Source of the DNA: the human T2T-CHM13v2.0 reference genome, Homo sapiens
Length of the DNA: 64,000 bases
Reading direction: 5' to 3' (one strand)
Assembly: GCF_009914755.1 (NCBI RefSeq)
Contig: NC_060928.1
Shown here piece by piece: positions 60,368-64,000 of this stretch. The translations under genes were made by a program, and so were the position numbers. The notes below the pieces were generated by a model. It did not search any database. It was not told the origin of the DNA and worked only from the letters and a program-made list of their open reading frames with translations. Every line of letters starts with the position of its first letter. Positions within the stretch are counted from its first letter, which is position 1.

Positions 60368-61226
60368 ATGCCAGTTTTCCCATATTCTTGCCACTGACAT
60401 ATTCTTTTTACTGTTAGTCAATGTATTGGGTTTGAAAATGGTAGCTCACTGAAATACTTTTAAAAATTTCTTCTAGAGGAACACCAGCAAGATGGTGGAA
60501 TAAGACTTTCTAGCATTCATCCCTCACAAGAAACATCAATTTGGACAACTATTCCCACACAAAAATACCATCACATGAGTTAAAGAATGCAGGTGAGAGG
60601 TTATAGCACCTGGGTACAGCATAAAAATAAGAAAAGATGCCTTGAAGAAGGTAGAAAGGACAGTTTCACATTTCCTGTGTTGCCCCTCCCTCAAGCCTGG
60701 GCAGCACAACACTGAGAGAGAGACCCTTCATGAGGGCAAGGAAGTGAGCTCTGGACTGTGTCTCAGATCCCAGCACGAGGCCCACCTCAGGGAAGCCTGG
60801 TGCCAGACTGGGTCCCACAGCCCCAGCTGCTAGGCCAGCCCCTGCAGCTCAAGGCCCACTACCACAGACCCAGGGCCAGGATCACCCCTGCAGACCCTGA
60901 CACTGGTCAGCCCCTGTGGGCCCAGGCTTGAGACCAGTCCCCACCACCCCAGGCTCCAGCAGACCCAGTGTACCGCCACAAGATAAAGGCCATGTATGAC
61001 AAGCCTACAGCTAACATCACAGTCAATGATAAAAATCTGAAAACTTTTCCTCTGAAATCAGGAACAAGACAGGGAGGCCCACTCTCCCCGCTTCTACTCA
61101 ATATAGTACCGGAAGTCTTAGCCAGAGAAATCGGGCAAGAAAAAGAAATAAAAGGCATCCAGATTGGAAAGCAAAAAGTAAAATTGTCTCTGGTTGCAGA
61201 TGACATGGTCTTTTGCATAGAAACCT

Positions 61227-61617
61227 GGCCAGGCATGGTGGTTCATGCCTGTGATCCCAGCACTTTGGGAGGCTGAGGAACAAGGATCAATTTAGCCCAA
61301 GAGTTCAAGACCAGTCTGGGCAACACAGTGAGACCCGTCTTAATTAAAAAATAAATAAATAAAATTGGCCAGGCTTGGAGGCACATGCCTGTAGTCCCCA
61401 CTACTCAGGAGGCTGAGGTGGGAGGATTGCTTAGGCCCAGGAGATAGAGACTACAGTGAGCCATGATCACTCTACAGCACTCCAGCTCGGGTGGGTGACA
61501 GAATGAGACAGACACACAGACAGAAAGAAAGAGGAAATAAAATAAAATAAAAGAAGGAAAGAAAGAAAAGAAGGAGAGAGAAAGAGAGAGCAAGAAAGAG
61601 GGAAAGAAAGAAAAAAC
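61227..61617 (+). mobile_element. AluJ-like with an expanded purine-rich tail
   Basis: Dimer followed by (GAAA/GA)n. Confidence 0.92.
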
Positions 61618-61626
61618 ACTAAAGAC

Positions 61627-61628
<2 letters not shown>

Positions 61629-61665
<37 letters not shown>
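61629..61665. repeat. (CA)n microsatellite
   Basis: About 18 uninterrupted units. Confidence 0.97.
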
Positions 61666-61667
<2 letters not shown>

Positions 61668-61988
61668 TCAGAACTAATAAACAAAGTAAAGTTGCAGGAT
61701 ACAAAAATCAACATATAAAAATCAGTGACATTTCTGTATAGTAACAACAAACTATAAGAAAACAATCCCATTTACAATAGCATCGAAAATAATACTTAGG
61801 AAAAAGTGTTATCAAGAAAGTAAAAGAGTTGTACACTGAAAACTATAAAATAGTGATTAAAGAAATTCAAGATGCAAATAAATGAAAGTATATCCTGTGT
61901 TTACAGATTGGAAGAATATTGTTAAACTGATCATACCACCCAAAGCAATCTACAGATTCACTGTAATCCCTATCAAAATTCCAAAGAC

Positions 61989-62434
61989 TTTTTTTTTAAT
62001 TAAATTTTTATTTTTAAATTCTGGGGTACATGTGCAGGATGTGCAGGTTTGTTACATAAGTAAACGTGCGCCATGGTGGTTTGCTGCACCTATCAACCCA
62101 TCACGTAGGTATTAAGCCAAGCATGCATTAGCTATTTTTCCTAATGCTCTCACTCCCCCACCCCGCCCCCTGACAGGCCCCAGTGTGTTTTGTTCCCCTA
62201 CATGTGTCCACATGTTCTTATTGTTCAGCTCCCACTTATAAGTGAGAACAATGCAATGTTTGGTTTTCTGTCCTGTGTTAGTTTGCTGAAGAGAATGGCT
62301 TCCAGCTCCATCCATGTTCCTGCAAAGGACACGATCTCATTCCTTTTTATGGCTGCATAATATTCAGTGGTATATATGTACCACATTTTCTTTAGCCAGT
62401 CTATCACCGATGGGCATTTGGGTTGATTCCATGT
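61989..62434 (-). mobile_element. 5'-truncated L1PA (about PA8A-11) 3' end
   Basis: Antisense 3' UTR with T tail; TSD TTCCAAAGAC at 61979-61988 and 62435-62444. Confidence 0.92.
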
Positions 62435-63177
62435 TTCCAAAGACATTTTTCACACAAATAGAAGAAACAATCTTAAAATTCTTAGGGAACCACAAAAAAA
62501 TCCCAAGTAGCCAAAGCAATCTGGAGTAAAAAGAATAAAGCTGAAAACATCTCACTCCCTGACTTCAAAATATACAACAAAGAGATAGTAATCAAAACAG
62601 CATGCTACTGGCATAAAAACAGACCCATAGATCAATGGAATAGAATGGAGAGCCCAGAAATAAATCCATGCATTTACAGTCAATTGACCTTTGGCAAAGA
62701 TAGTAAGAACACACAGTAGGGAAAGGACTGTCTCTTCAGTAAGTGGTGTTGTGAAAACTGGGTATCCACATGCAGTAGAATAAAACTGAACCCTTATCTC
62801 ACACCATATACAAAAATCAACTGAAAACAGATTAAAGACTTAAATGTAAGACCTGAAACTGTAAGACTACTAGAAACCAATATGGAGACAAAGCTTCTTG
62901 ACATTGGTCTGGGCAAAGATTTTTTAGATATGGCTCCAAAAGCACAGAAAACACAAGCAAAAATGGACAAATGGGATTACATCAAATGAAGAAAAAAAAA
63001 CTTCTGCACAGCTAAGGAAATGATCAACAGAGTAAAAAAAATCCTACAGAATTGAAGAAAATATTTGCAAACAATACATCTGATAAGAGGTTAATATAAA
63101 AAATATATTAGAAACTCAAACAATTCAAGAGCAAGAAAACAACTCAATTAAAAAAATGGTCAAAGGACCTGAATAAA

Positions 63178-63575
63178 TACTATGTTTTGAATGTGTTCCC
63201 CAAAATTCACATGTTGGAAACTTAATCCCCAGTGCAACAATGTTGAGAGAGAGAGATGGGGCCCAATAAAGGTGACTGGGTATAATGGCAGAGCCTCATG
63301 GATGAATTAATGTAGTCACGGGAGTAAGTCAGTTATTAAGAGAGCAGGTGGTTATAAAAGTGAGCCTGGCCCCTCTTGCTTTCTCAGTCTTGTGTGCTTG
63401 CTTCTGTCTTCTGCCGTTTCACCATGGATATTGAAGCACAAAGCCGTCATCAAATGCCAGCACCATGCTCTTAGATTTGTCAGCCTGCAGAACCATGAGC
63501 CAAGCAAACTTCTATTATTTATAATTTACCCAGTCTGTGGTATTCTGTTGTAGCAACAGAGAATATACTAAGGCA
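63178..63575 (+). mobile_element. MaLR solo LTR, MSTC-like
   Basis: ATGTTGGAAACTTAATCCCCA...TAGCAACAGAGAATATACTAAGGCA; TSD ATAAA/ATAGA. Confidence 0.88.
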
Positions 63576-63828
63576 ATAGACATTTCTTGAAAGAAGACAT
63601 ACAAATGGCCAGCAGGTATTTTTAAAAATGCTCAACATTATGAATGACAAGAGAAATGCAATAGAAAAGTACAATAAGATATTGCCTCGTATCTGTTAGA
63701 ATGGCTGTTAACAAGTGTTGAAAAGGATGTGGAGAAAAGGAAACTCTTGTATACTGCTGGTAGAAATGCAAATTAGTACAGCCATTATAGAAAAACAGTA
63801 TAAAGTGTTCTTTAAAAATAAAAAATAG

Positions 63829-64000
63829 ATAAAGAAAATGTGGCACATATATACCATGGAATACTATGCAGCCATAAAAAAGGATGAGTTCATGTCCTTT
63901 GCAGGGACATGGATGAAGCTGGAAACCATCATTCTCAGCAAACTAACACAGGAACAGAAAACCATACACCACATGTTCTCACTCATAAGTAGGAATTGAA
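63829..64000 (+). mobile_element. younger L1PA (about PA7) 3' fragment running off the window
   Basis: GGATGAGTTCATGTCCTTTGCAGGGACATGGATGAAGCTGGAAACC, low divergence. Confidence 0.85.

Larger units (their letters stand above)
59150..60460 (-). mobile_element. ancient L1 (L1ME-like) 3' fragment split by a MER34 LTR
   Basis: AAAAGTGAAATTCTCGGGTCAAAG before the LTR; CCATATTCTTGCCA...AAAATGGTAGCTCA after it. Confidence 0.6.
60476..63828 (+). mobile_element. L1MA/L1M2-like element: 5' UTR joined directly to the ORF2 RT-to-C-terminal region; hosts an Alu, (CA)n, an L1PA and an MSTC LTR
   Basis: CAAGATGGTGGAATA start; ORF2 peptide [11 protein letters not shown]...QGGPLSP...VADD from about 60980; collinear segments to 63828. 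Confidence 0.85.

Overview
Primate (human-like) genomic DNA that is AT-rich, CpG-depleted and densely packed with repeats, consistent with an intergenic or deep-intronic region. I recognise no host protein-coding exon, tRNA, rRNA, CpG island or CRISPR array. The longer ORFs mostly derive from Alu, L1, L2 or MaLR sequence; the rest look like chance ORFs. Content: 14 dimeric Alus plus a monomer and a 23-bp remnant, L1s of many ages (including a 4.65-kb 3'-truncated L1PA4/5-like copy and an L1PA3-like 3' end), L2/MIR/CR1 fossils, MaLR/ERVL/ERV1/HERV-K LTRs, one complete THE1B provirus, and hAT/Tigger MITEs. I see no evidence for a new multi-gene system. The best observations are mechanistic or regulatory: an old L1 3' transduction bounded by TSDs (22949-23905), a possible second mini-transduction, an L1/Alu deletion junction, an open and extended L1 ORF0, re-use of one endonuclease target site by two elements, a tandem pair of perfect heat-shock elements, a TCF/LEF motif cluster and overlapping inverted repeats. 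Subfamily names come from recalled consensus sequences, not a RepeatMasker run, and boundaries of old repeats are approximate.
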